In this document: positions 1 through 8,430 of the stretch, in pieces
Layout: every line of letters starts with the position of its first letter
How positions within the stretch are numbered: position 1 is the first letter of the stretch
Assembly (NCBI GenBank): GCA_964406515.1
Contig: CAYORV010000002.1
Location: forward strand, 1-60,088
DNA from: Candidatus Woesearchaeota archaeon
Lineage (GTDB): Archaea > Nanobdellota > Nanobdellia > Pacearchaeales > GW2011-AR1
DNA: 60,088 bases
Direction of reading: 5' to 3'
The notes under the pieces: generated by a model
Told to the model about the DNA's origin: nothing
Databases searched by the model: none
Seen by the model: the letters and a program-made list of their open reading frames with translations, nothing else
Made by a program: the position numbers and the translations under genes

Positions 1-495
1 ACGTTGATAGAGCTCTTGTGTAAGATAGAAGCTTCGGCGACTATTTCAGCATAGAGCTACTAAAAGCTTTACTTATAGAATCTAAAGGGCGTGGAAATTC
101 TCCTAATGCTTGGGTTGATAATATATAATTCTATACGATAATTTTAGTATAATAATTCTTAAAAACAAATAAATTATTTTAATAATATGAATAAGGAAAA
201 TAAACCAGTGTATAAATTAATTGGAAAGGATGCTATACCTTTTGTTGGGTGGGAAAAATATCTAAAAAGAACGAAAAACGAATCAGAGGCTGCAAGAAAT
301 TTTGATGAATATTAGTTTGGAAATATTGTTCCAAGAATCTCTTTGCTAACACTTTATAACACAGTGGTTTGTACTGGAATAATTGGTGGAATGACGAAAG
401 GAATAGAAGCTTTGTTTGAGAAGGTTCTTTGAGAATTAAAAAACTTTATAAACAATTCTCCCCTCGATAAATTATAAAAGGAGGTTAAAAAATTA

Positions 496-891
496 ATGGT
501 ATTTACATCAGTGGAAATCATTGCCTTGATTTTGATTGCTGTTGTGGCGGTTAAGATGTTGGTCTTGATTGTGAAACCCATGTCGTGGATAAAATTTACA
601 AAAGTTATTTACAAGAAACCAAATGTGACTAAGTTTATTGGAGCAATCTTGGCAGGAGTTATTCTTTATTACTTGATTAATTCAGGTATGACTATTGTGC
701 AGATTTTAGCAGTATCTTTGTTCATGGCTATGATGTTCATAATTGGACTTGCAGGAGACATTGGACCTTTTCTCAAAAAGTATGATACTCAAATTAAAGC
801 AGGGAAGATATGGCAGAAACATTGGTTCTACACACTACTTTGGATTGCATTGTTAGTCTGGGGAGCTTTGGTTTTATTTGAAGTTATTTAA
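496..891 (+). CDS. hypothetical multi-pass membrane protein
   Basis: 131-aa ORF with several hydrophobic helices (VEIIALILIAVVAVKMLVLIV, ILAGVILYYLI, LLWIALLVWGALVLF). An aaggagg SD-like motif lies about 10 nt upstream. Confidence 0.5.
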   Translation: MVFTSVEIIALILIAVVAVKMLVLIVKPMSWIKFTKVIYKKPNVTKFIGAILAGVILYYLINSGMTIVQILAVSLFMAMMFIIGLAGDIGPFLKKYDTQIKAGKIWQKHWFYTLLWIALLVWGALVLFEVI

Positions 892-960
892 CTTTTTTTT
901 ATTTTTCTAATTCTTTTTTATTTTATAGTATGGTTGGAACTCTGAAAGATTTCTTAGAAA

Positions 961-1500
961 TTAGAATCTATAACCTGCATTAACACCCATTCTCATACCA
1001 ATGGTATCAGCAGGGATTTCAATAGGAATTACCAAACCAAACTCTGCACCAACATAAAATCCTTTTGGTTGTTTTCCTAATTCTACTCCAGCACCAAAAT
1101 TAACTCCAAATGTTGGCGACTCTGGTTCACCAATACTTTTTATCCAAGGGGTCATTGTCATCCCGCCCAAAAAACCATAAAGATTTACATTTTTTAGATT
1201 ATGTTTTGTATATCTTAATCTCATATCTGCTGTTATAAAAAATGGGCTTATATCAACTTGACATCCAACTTTTTTGTCCCATCCATAAACAAATCTTAAT
1301 GAAACAAGATGGGGAAGTCCTAATGTCGCGCCAACTTGCATTGAATTGTGTGTGGGTGTTGGAGTTGGTTGAGCCCCATGAAGGTCTAATTTTTGTTCTA
1401 ATCCCTTACTAGGAACAGATACTGCAGCAAGTAAAGCCAATGAAAGAACACCTGCTCCCACTGTTTTGGGAATAGATTTAACATAATCTACAAGTCTCAT
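961..1500 (-). CDS. secreted beta-barrel protein resembling small bacterial outer-membrane proteins (OMP_b-brl/OmpW-like)
   Basis: N-terminal signal-like segment (GAGVLSLALLAAVSVPSKG). Alternating hydrophobic/polar strands rich in G/Y/F (FGVNFGAGVELG, GFYVGAEFGLVI). The C-terminus is ...GVNAGYRF, like an OMP terminal beta-signal. Confidence 0.55.
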   Translation of the reverse strand: MRLVDYVKSIPKTVGAGVLSLALLAAVSVPSKGLEQKLDLHGAQPTPTPTHNSMQVGATLGLPHLVSLRFVYGWDKKVGCQVDISPFFITADMRLRYTKHNLKNVNLYGFLGGMTMTPWIKSIGEPESPTFGVNFGAGVELGKQPKGFYVGAEFGLVIPIEIPADTIGMRMGVNAGYRF

Positions 1501-1600
1501 TTTATTAAAGATAAATTTATGTTTATATATTTTTATGTGATTTAGTTTTCTTTGTGAATATTCTTGAAAGATTTATAAAACATTTTTCCTTTATTGAATT

Positions 1601-1879
1601 ATGAACAAAAGAAGTGAGGCACTATTTAGAAGATTGCGGCATGATGCAATTTTTATTGGTGCGGCGTTGATTGTATTTTTTCTCGTGGATTTTTTTACAG
1701 AACTTTTTACTAAACAAATTCTTAGAATAGTTATATTTATGGCTGGAGGTATTTTGCTTATTTCTGGTTCTCAAAAATATCTTGAAGAACATCCAAAAAT
1801 GAGAAAGATTTTAATTTGGATTCTTGCAGGATTACTGCTTTTAGGACTTGTAATATTTTTTATTGTGAATGCGCTTTGA
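1601..1879 (+). CDS. hypothetical membrane protein
   Basis: 92-aa ORF with three hydrophobic helices. No recognisable family. Confidence 0.45.
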   Translation: MNKRSEALFRRLRHDAIFIGAALIVFFLVDFFTELFTKQILRIVIFMAGGILLISGSQKYLEEHPKMRKILIWILAGLLLLGLVIFFIVNAL

Positions 1880-2011
1880 TTAATTTTTAAGATTCCTTTT
1901 CTTCCCTTTAATTATTCGTCTGGCTAAAAGCACTCCCCCCATAACTAAAAAGATTGTTAGAATCCAATCAAACCAACCCATACTTTGGCTAATAAAATCA
2001 ATGAAGTTCAT
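1880..2011 (-). CDS. possible small membrane protein (43 aa, below ORF-track cutoff)
   Basis: Hand translation gives MNFIDFISQSMGWFDWILTIFLVMGGVLLARRIIKGKKRNLKN: one TM helix plus a basic tail. Confidence 0.3.
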   Translation of the reverse strand: MNFIDFISQSMGWFDWILTIFLVMGGVLLARRIIKGKKRNLKN

Positions 2012-2042
2012 AACTGAAATAATGAAAATTAGTTTTTAAGAA

Positions 2043-2198
2043 TTATTGTTCTTTATTTTTCTTCCTCAATTCTTTTTGATTCAAGATCATTAGAATAATT
2101 GCAGGGATTAGAAAAAGCCAATCTATGAAAAAGGCCATGGCGATAAATCCTAATGCAATTAGAGAATATATCACAACTCGTGGAGATTTTATTTTCAT
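2043..2198 (-). CDS. possible small membrane protein (51 aa, below ORF-track cutoff)
   Basis: Hand translation gives MKIKSPRVVIYSLIALGFIAMAFFIDWLFLIPAIILMILNQKELRKKNKEQ: two TM segments plus a basic tail, the same architecture as the neighbouring small ORF. Confidence 0.3.
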   Translation of the reverse strand: MKIKSPRVVIYSLIALGFIAMAFFIDWLFLIPAIILMILNQKELRKKNKEQ

Positions 2199-2310
2199 GA
2201 TAAATGTAAGGGGGATGGGAATTTAAATGTTGGGATTAGAATTAATATTTATGTGATTTATTGAAGACCATAATTTTTATAAGAGGATTATTTGTATCAT
2301 TTTTATTAAA

Positions 2311-3219
2311 ATGGCAAAATATCTTGAAACAGAAGAAAGATTTGTTGAAAAAAACAGTTTAAGCATTTATTATAAGGAAGTAGGCAAAACTCCTTTATTA
2401 AAAAAGGCGGGGAAAAAATATTATGGAAAAAGACTTATTGAAGGAGATAAAAAAGCTAAAGATGAAGCTAAAGATATATTTGTTAAAACAAATTTAAGAT
2501 ATGTTGTTAGTGAAGCAAAAAAATATCAGAACCAAGGTCTTCCATTAATAGATTTAATAAGTGAAGGAAATATTGGTTTAATGACGGCTGTAGAAAAATT
2601 TAATCCAAAGAAAGGCGAGCTAACTACTTATTCTCAATATTGGATAAGGCAGGCTATTAGGAGGGCCATAGCAAATAAGTCTAGGACTATTCGAATACCC
2701 TTTAAGAGAATAGAAGACTTATGTCACATACAAAAAGAAATGAATTATTTAGAACAAGAAGGTATAGAGTTGGATTTAGAGTTTATAGCCAAGAATTTAA
2801 ACATGTCTGTTAAAAAGGTAACAGAAACATTAAGAGTTGGTCTAAATACTACGTCTCTAGATGCACCTGTAAATGGTGATGATGAAAATTACTTTGTTAA
2901 AGACAGAATTTCTGATAGAAAAATAAATCTAGAAAAAGATGTGATTTATGATAAAGGCTCAGACGTAGAAGAAGAAGCATTTTATACGACTTTAAAAAAA
3001 GACATTAATTCTATCATGAAAATTCTCACTAATCAAGAAGCCGAGATTATAAGATACAGATGTGGTTTAAATGAACATCCTCAATTGTCATTAAGAGAGG
3101 TTGGAAAGATATATGATTTTACAGGAGAGAGAGTAAGGCAAATTGAGAAAAGGGCTTTAAAGAAATTAAGAGAATCACCTAAAGCAGCATGTTTAAGGGA
3201 ATATTTTGAGGTTGAGTGA
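2311..3219 (+). CDS. sigma-70 family RNA polymerase sigma factor (RpoD-like, no region 1.1)
   Basis: Region 2: NLRYVVSEAKKYQNQGLPLIDLISEGNIGLMTAVEKFNPKKGELTTYSQYWIRQAIRRAI. RpoD-like SRTIRIP segment. Region 4.2 HTH: LSLREVGKIYDFTGERVRQIEKRALKKLRE. Confidence 0.85.
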   Translation: MAKYLETEERFVEKNSLSIYYKEVGKTPLLKKAGKKYYGKRLIEGDKKAKDEAKDIFVKTNLRYVVSEAKKYQNQGLPLIDLISEGNIGLMTAVEKFNPKKGELTTYSQYWIRQAIRRAIANKSRTIRIPFKRIEDLCHIQKEMNYLEQEGIELDLEFIAKNLNMSVKKVTETLRVGLNTTSLDAPVNGDDENYFVKDRISDRKINLEKDVIYDKGSDVEEEAFYTTLKKDINSIMKILTNQEAEIIRYRCGLNEHPQLSLREVGKIYDFTGERVRQIEKRALKKLRESPKAACLREYFEVE

Positions 3220-3263
3220 ATAAGTACAATAATCTTTAAAAATAGGTGATTAATGTGTCTGTT

Positions 3264-3683
3264 ATGAAAAAAAAGCTTATGGGACATAAAAAACCTCAAC
3301 ATACCAGAGTTTTTTCTAAAGGAAGGGCAGTGTCAGCACAATATGATTCGGAAAATGATGTGATAAGAACCTATTTTTTAAGGCCCATGATACAAGAAAT
3401 AAAGGATGGTGAATCTATTTCAGAATTCAACAAGAAAAATTATACTAATTTTATTTTAAGTAAAAGTGAACAATCATTAATAACCCCATTAGTACTTTCC
3501 CCAAATTCTATTTATGCTCTCAGGAAAGTATTGAAAAAATCTCTTTCTGATTATCGAAAAGAAATGAGGGGTAAGGCATATAAGATTTGGAGAAGGAAGG
3601 AGGTTGAAGATATTTCATCACTTGTTCAATATCTCGCGCGGGCAGAGAGAGAATTAGAAGGTAAATTTGAAGATTATAAATAA
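3264..3683 (+). CDS. hypothetical protein (basic, no recognised domain)
   Basis: ORF track starts at GTG 3246. The first ATG is at 3264, with aggtga upstream. Co-oriented with and 45 nt downstream of the sigma gene. Confidence 0.45.
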   Translation: MKKKLMGHKKPQHTRVFSKGRAVSAQYDSENDVIRTYFLRPMIQEIKDGESISEFNKKNYTNFILSKSEQSLITPLVLSPNSIYALRKVLKKSLSDYRKEMRGKAYKIWRRKEVEDISSLVQYLARAERELEGKFEDYK

Positions 3684-3896
3684 AATGGAACATTATGTAT
3701 TATATGATAATAAAGAAGAACCTTATGCTGTGTTAGAGTTGGATTCTGCTAATGGAGTTGGTAAGGTTTTGAATGATATTTATTTTGAAGGACAGGGAAA
3801 AGTAAAAAAATTTTAGAAACTATTTTCTCATTATAAGTTTCTTCGTTAATCTCATTTCCCATTTCTTTTTCATATTTTTGGGGTTTATAGGGGTTT

Positions 3897-4142
3897 CTAC
3901 TTAATTTTCTCTATCTCTTCATAGAAATCTTTTAGGTTTTGACTTTCCCATAATTCTTTAAGATGATTATCTGATTCCACTAATTCCCCACCTTTCTTTG
4001 TTAAATTCCACTTGTAAGTATAAGCCCCATGTTCTTTTGTTCTCTCTTGTGCAATTATCCCAAGATTTTCTAATTTGTAAAGATAAACTTTTTGTTTTCT
4101 TCCTTCATCATCTGGAATTACTGTAAAATATTCTCCGCCCAT
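3897..4142 (-). CDS. hypothetical small protein (possibly winged-helix-like)
   Basis: 81-aa ORF lying 2 nt downstream of ORF 4145..4498 on the same strand, so a likely two-gene operon. Confidence 0.45.
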   Translation of the reverse strand: MGGEYFTVIPDDEGRKQKVYLYKLENLGIIAQERTKEHGAYTYKWNLTKKGGELVESDNHLKELWESQNLKDFYEEIEKIK

Positions 4143-4144
4143 TT

Positions 4145-4498
4145 TTATTTTATATTGTGAAACTTACACCAATCTTCACCCATTTGCTGTAAAACAGTTT
4201 TTTCTTCTTTATTCAAATTTATTAGTTTTCCGGCGTTTGAGCCATCAGATTGATTCACATAACTAAATCCTGATTCATTTGAAAATCTTTTGTAACTGTT
4301 AATGATTGTTGTATTGCCAGGAGTTTTAATAGTTAAACCTTTATTTAAAAAATTAGTCTGAGGTAGTTCGACATTATAATCGCTACTCCCAACAACATTC
4401 TTAGAATCACCATACATCGGTAACTTATTTACGTCATCGAAAAAAACACTAACTCCAAGTATTGCCATTAAATTCATATTATTTGTACCTCCTTTCAT
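4145..4498 (-). CDS. hypothetical protein
   Basis: 117-aa ORF with aggagg upstream of the start. No recognisable motif. Confidence 0.4.
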   Translation of the reverse strand: MKGGTNNMNLMAILGVSVFFDDVNKLPMYGDSKNVVGSSDYNVELPQTNFLNKGLTIKTPGNTTIINSYKRFSNESGFSYVNQSDGSNAGKLINLNKEEKTVLQQMGEDWCKFHNIK

Positions 4499-4616
4499 CG
4501 GTATTCATTATGAATTTTACCATGTAAATCTATTATTTCACAAGGGCTCAAACTATTTAAGAATTATTGTGCCCCCAACATTTAAAACTCATCCTTTCTT
4601 CTTTCTTTCATAAAAG

Positions 4617-4838
4617 ATGGTGAATGTAGAAGCAATAATATTTTATGGGATGGCCTTTGAGGTCATCATGGCGAATATCTTGGCATGGTTTGTACCGGGT
4701 TTTGATAAATGGTATGGAAAAACAATGCCTCGACTTTCTAAACGTCTCCCACTCACAAAAGCATGGGCTATTGTATATTTCGGACTTGCTGTTTGGGTAG
4801 GTTCTGGTTTATATCGGGCTGGAATTCTGCCTTGGTGA
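4617..4838 (+). CDS. hypothetical small membrane protein
   Basis: 73-aa ORF with two hydrophobic helices. Confidence 0.4.
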   Translation: MVNVEAIIFYGMAFEVIMANILAWFVPGFDKWYGKTMPRLSKRLPLTKAWAIVYFGLAVWVGSGLYRAGILPW

Positions 4839-4860
4839 TGTTGAAGTTTCTATTTATTCA

Positions 4861-5226
4861 TCACATAATCAAAATATAATCTTTAAGAATTTTTGCTAAA
4901 TCAAATTTTGGCATTAGGTCTTTTTCTGCTCCTTTTCCACGTTCAAAAGTTGCTAGATATAAACAATTAGGTGAGCTTTCAAAATGTGAACCATTAGCGA
5001 TTACTCCTACAGGCAAGCTTGTAGTTAACAATTCTTCCTCGTCAATAAAACCACCATATATCTCAAAACCTTTTTCTCTTAAATGAATCTTAGTCTGTTC
5101 ATTAGAGTCTAATTTATTCAACATTTTCATAAGTCCTCCCGCATATAATTGAGAAAGAGAAGTTATTTTTTGTGATTGGATATTTCTATCAACAGCAAAC
5201 TTTTTTTCTATGTATTCTGTTTCCAT
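4861..5226 (-). CDS. hypothetical protein
   Basis: 121-aa ORF with no recognised motif. Confidence 0.45.
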   Translation of the reverse strand: METEYIEKKFAVDRNIQSQKITSLSQLYAGGLMKMLNKLDSNEQTKIHLREKGFEIYGGFIDEEELLTTSLPVGVIANGSHFESSPNCLYLATFERGKGAEKDLMPKFDLAKILKDYILIM

Positions 5227-5271
5227 GTTTTTTGAATATAACTTTAGTTTAAAAGAATTATTGTGATTGGA

Positions 5272-5733
5272 TTATTCAACAACGCTTGCCTTAATTATTG
5301 TGGCATCTTCGATAGGTTTGTCTTGTGCATTTTTTGGGAGTTTTGCGATTTTGTCAACGACATCCATTCCTTCAACTACTTTTCCGAATACAGGATGCTT
5401 TCCGTCTAAGAAATTATTATCAACTAAATTTATGAAGAACTGGCTTCGTGCTGTGTTTGGTCCTGCATTTGCCATTGAGATTGTTCCTCTGCTGTTTTCA
5501 TCTAAAGATGTTTGTGTGAATTCGTCCTGGATAATCGGAATACTTGAATCGCCCATTCCTGTTCCTGTTGGATCTCCGCCTTGAATCATGAATTCGTCGA
5601 TAATTCTGTGGAAAATTACTCCATTATAAGTTCCTTGCTCTGCCAAGTTCTTGAAATTGCCTGCAGTAATTGGCATTTCCTTGTAGAGTTCTATAATTAT
5701 GTCTCCGTGATTTGTTTCTAGCTTCACTTTCAT
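5272..5733 (-). CDS. cyclophilin-type peptidyl-prolyl cis-trans isomerase
   Basis: Cyclophilin motifs: FHRIIDEFMIQGGDPTGTG, GTISMANAGPNTARSQFFI, HPVFGKVVEGMDVV. Confidence 0.95.
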   Translation of the reverse strand: MKVKLETNHGDIIIELYKEMPITAGNFKNLAEQGTYNGVIFHRIIDEFMIQGGDPTGTGMGDSSIPIIQDEFTQTSLDENSRGTISMANAGPNTARSQFFINLVDNNFLDGKHPVFGKVVEGMDVVDKIAKLPKNAQDKPIEDATIIKASVVE

Positions 5734-5792
5734 ATTTAAAATAAATAAGAAGAGTTTATATTGATTTATGTAAAAGAGAGGATTGTATTAAA

Positions 5793-6155
5793 CTAATTTA
5801 TTCCAATGAGTTTTAATTTGAAATTTAAAGTTTCTCCTGCAAGGGCATGAGTTAATCCCGAACCTGCCTCTCCATAAGCATCTTTTGGTAGGATGGAGAC
5901 TTCTTTTTCCTCTCCAATTCTCATTCCAATCACTGCTTCATCAAAACCTTTAATTACCTGACCAGAACCTATTTCAAATTCAATGGTTGAAGCATCAATA
6001 ACTTTTCCGTCATCTAATCTTAATTCATATTCCACATTAATCACATCTCCAATTTTTGCCTTAAAATCTTCTGTTGTATTTCCTGTCATTTTGATTGTTA
6101 AAAAACTTGCAAGAAAAACGACACCTATGATCATCATTATTCCTGCCTTTTTCAT
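5793..6155 (-). CDS. FKBP-type peptidyl-prolyl isomerase with N-terminal membrane anchor or signal
   Basis: N-terminal hydrophobic helix, then an FKBP core (V.VEYELRLDDGKVIDAS, GSGQVIKGFDEAVIGMRIGEEK). Confidence 0.85.
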   Translation of the reverse strand: MKKAGIMMIIGVVFLASFLTIKMTGNTTEDFKAKIGDVINVEYELRLDDGKVIDASTIEFEIGSGQVIKGFDEAVIGMRIGEEKEVSILPKDAYGEAGSGLTHALAGETLNFKLKLIGIN

Positions 6156-6189
6156 ATTAGAAAAAAGAAAAAGTTATTTTTAAAGTTTC

Positions 6190-6540
6190 TTATTCGCAAT
6201 CACCATCAACCCAGTATTCTACTTCTTCTTCCATGCATGCGAAACAAGAATTGCTATATGTTTCTTCTTCGGGATAACCACAAACAGGTTCGTATAGTGT
6301 GATGCAGGCATCTACTTGTCTTGATTCTGGTGCGCAGTAGTTTTTGTTTTCATCGACGTCAGGACATGCCTCAAACTCACAATCTGGAGGAATTCTTACA
6401 ACACTTGTTCCATCAGAACACAATCGTGCGTCCTCTGTACATACGACTGGCTTTTTTTGGACAGAGTAGTAAATTGAAAATCCAACAACAATTAATACAA
6501 TTATTATTGCAATTACATCTCGTTGATTCAACTTTTTCAT
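6190..6540 (-). CDS. secreted/anchored Cys-rich protein with Kazal-like domain
   Basis: N-terminal TM or signal segment. C-terminal pattern C..6..C.TLYEPVCGYPEEETYSNSCFAC...C matches the Kazal inhibitor signature (PVCG...TY.N.C). Confidence 0.6.
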   Translation of the reverse strand: MKKLNQRDVIAIIIVLIVVGFSIYYSVQKKPVVCTEDARLCSDGTSVVRIPPDCEFEACPDVDENKNYCAPESRQVDACITLYEPVCGYPEEETYSNSCFACMEEEVEYWVDGDCE

Positions 6541-6690
6541 ATAATATTAAAACAAGCGGATATTTAATATTTTCTCTTGGAGTGGGACGCGATTTCTGAG
6601 TTTAGAGCTAACACTATATCCTAAAAAATAAAAACACCCCTAATGAAACAAATAAATAAAAAATAAAAAAATTATGATTCTAAATTTTAC

Positions 6691-6975
6691 TTAGAATCTT
6701 CTTCTTTGTTGGAAGTCCCTTCTTGGGGGTCTATCTTCCATTGGCTTTGCTTCAGAAACCTTAAGCTCTCGACCGTCAACGTCTTTCCCGTTGAATTCTT
6801 CAATTGCTTTTTTTGCGGCTTCATCGTCTGAAATTGTTACAAAACCAAAACCTTTTGATCTACCTGAAAACTTATCTTTGATAAGAGTAACTTCTTCAGT
6901 TTCATATCCTGAAAAAAGTGCTTTAAACCCTTCTTCATCGACACTAAAAGGTAAATTACCTACATATATCTTCAT
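6691..6975 (-). CDS. RRM-domain RNA-binding protein
   Basis: RNP2 motif IYVGNL and RNP1 motif KGFGFVTI, with an R-rich C-terminal tail. Confidence 0.9.
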   Translation of the reverse strand: MKIYVGNLPFSVDEEGFKALFSGYETEEVTLIKDKFSGRSKGFGFVTISDDEAAKKAIEEFNGKDVDGRELKVSEAKPMEDRPPRRDFQQRRRF

Positions 6976-7090
6976 TTTATCCTCCTTACACTTGTTGATT
7001 AGAACTAGCTCCTATTACTAGACTGTGTTTACATTTAACTAACATAAATATGCTTAATGAAAGAGGTTTTTAAAGGTTTTGGGTGATTAA

Positions 7091-7363
7091 TCACAACCCA
7101 AAATTCTCAATTAAATTCTCTATAACTCGATATTCTTGTAAAAAATCTTGACCTTTTTTTGTGAGTGAGAAAGTTTTCTTTTCTTTGGCGTCTATTTCTA
7201 ATTTGATAAAGTCCTTGGTGATTAATTCATTAATATATTCCTTGAACATTTGAGGCGAAAGATTTGAAGCGTAAAGCAACCTAGTTGGTTTGATGTTTCT
7301 ATTTGACCGAATTGATTCAAGTACATCCTTGATAACTTCTAATCTTTCTCGTTTTCTTACCAT
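7091..7363 (-). CDS. winged-helix DNA-binding protein
   Basis: 90-aa ORF resembling small archaeal wHTH proteins (KPTRLLYASNLSPQMFKEYINELITKDFI). Lies 1 nt downstream of ORF 7365..8024. Confidence 0.55.
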   Translation of the reverse strand: MVRKRERLEVIKDVLESIRSNRNIKPTRLLYASNLSPQMFKEYINELITKDFIKLEIDAKEKKTFSLTKKGQDFLQEYRVIENLIENFGL

Positions 7364-7364
7364 T

Positions 7365-8024
7365 TTATTTTTTTGTGACTTTCATAACACCATATAAGAA
7401 CAATAAAAAGATGGCGGTATTTATCATGTAAACCCCTGTTACAAATCTCAATCTCCATAAGTATAATGCTGCGAAAGCATTCAACGACCAGGCCCCTAAA
7501 CTCAATAACATTGCTGCAAAATAAAATTTAAGGAATTTGTGTTTTTTTCCATTATTTTTATAGTTCTTGAAAGATATAATTGATGCCAAAATAAAGAGAG
7601 CAATCTGAGAGAAAAACATAAAGATATATGTTCCCAAAAGATTATCTATTAATGCTATTATTAAAGCCATAGAATAAAACAAGAAAATCCTTGGATTGAA
7701 TAACGAACTATTGTAATTTTTAGAAGATGTTTCAAGGCGTTTCCATAAAAGACTATATAGTAAGAAAAAACCTGCCATTATCAAGAAAAATTCAAAGAAT
7801 ATATTCAAAAATTTAAAGGGAAGGGCGGGTATTTCTAATAAACTCCTTATTACAAAGCCCACTCCGTAAAATAAAAAAGCATTTCGCAAATATCTTATTC
7901 CTTTGTGCGAGCTTAAATTAAAAAGCCTGTCTGTTTTTACCACAATAATTGCGCAAACTAAAGCTATTACAAATGTATAGAAAAACTTTAATAATTCTTT
8001 GTTCTCGACCATCCATTCAAACAT
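7365..8024 (-). CDS. hypothetical polytopic membrane protein
   Basis: 219-aa ORF with about 6-7 hydrophobic helices. Confidence 0.55.
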   Translation of the reverse strand: MFEWMVENKELLKFFYTFVIALVCAIIVVKTDRLFNLSSHKGIRYLRNAFLFYGVGFVIRSLLEIPALPFKFLNIFFEFFLIMAGFFLLYSLLWKRLETSSKNYNSSLFNPRIFLFYSMALIIALIDNLLGTYIFMFFSQIALFILASIISFKNYKNNGKKHKFLKFYFAAMLLSLGAWSLNAFAALYLWRLRFVTGVYMINTAIFLLFLYGVMKVTKK

Positions 8025-8173
8025 AAAAATCCAATCGTTTTTGGTTATTTAAAGTTTTATGTATTAGGGATATAGGATGAATATATATTCTTGCTTCTGA
8101 CGCTTTATAAGTAAGTTTTCTGTCATAAGATTGTAAAAAAGTCATATTTTAATATAACTTTTTAACCTCTATA

Positions 8174-8260
8174 AAACCCCGGGAACAAGGGCGTGATAAG
8201 GCAATATGATGGCTGACTTGTCAAAAATCTTGCCAATCCAAACCCTTGTTCTCAAACCCC
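8174..8260. repeat. 11-bp inverted repeat (gggaacaaggg / cccttgttctc) flanked by 7-bp direct repeat aaacccc; MITE-like element or structured small RNA
   Basis: Read directly: aaacccc 8174-8180, IR-L 8181-8191, IR-R 8243-8253, aaacccc 8254-8260. An inner palindrome tgacttgtca is present. The element sits in an unusually long 406-bp intergenic gap. Confidence 0.4.
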
Positions 8261-8430
8261 TATTCAACTAAAAGAGATGAAAAAATGGAAAAAGAAGAAC
8301 CACCCTAACACACATTGAATTTATTTAAGATAAAATTGATATATTTCAATTAAAAAGTCTTAACATTAACTATTGTAATATTACCAATTAAAATCAATCA
8401 TAATCTCGCCATTCTTTTGCCCATAAAAAT

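Noticed and set aside
1-54. Possible 3' end of a plus-strand gene running off the left edge (frame 1 open to TAG at 52-54)
   Set aside because: Only 17 codons are visible, which is not enough to support any call.
354-581. 75-aa minus-strand ORF overlapping the start of the 496..891 membrane-protein gene
   Set aside because: It overlaps the SD and start region of the better-supported plus-strand gene. The peptide is low-complexity with no upstream signals.
8191-8220. C/D-box sRNA (gtgataa ... atgatgg ctga)
   Set aside because: The box-like strings lack the required C-guide-D'/C'-guide-D spacing of about 12 nt, and no terminal C/D pairing arrangement fits. The region is kept only as a generic hairpin/MITE candidate.
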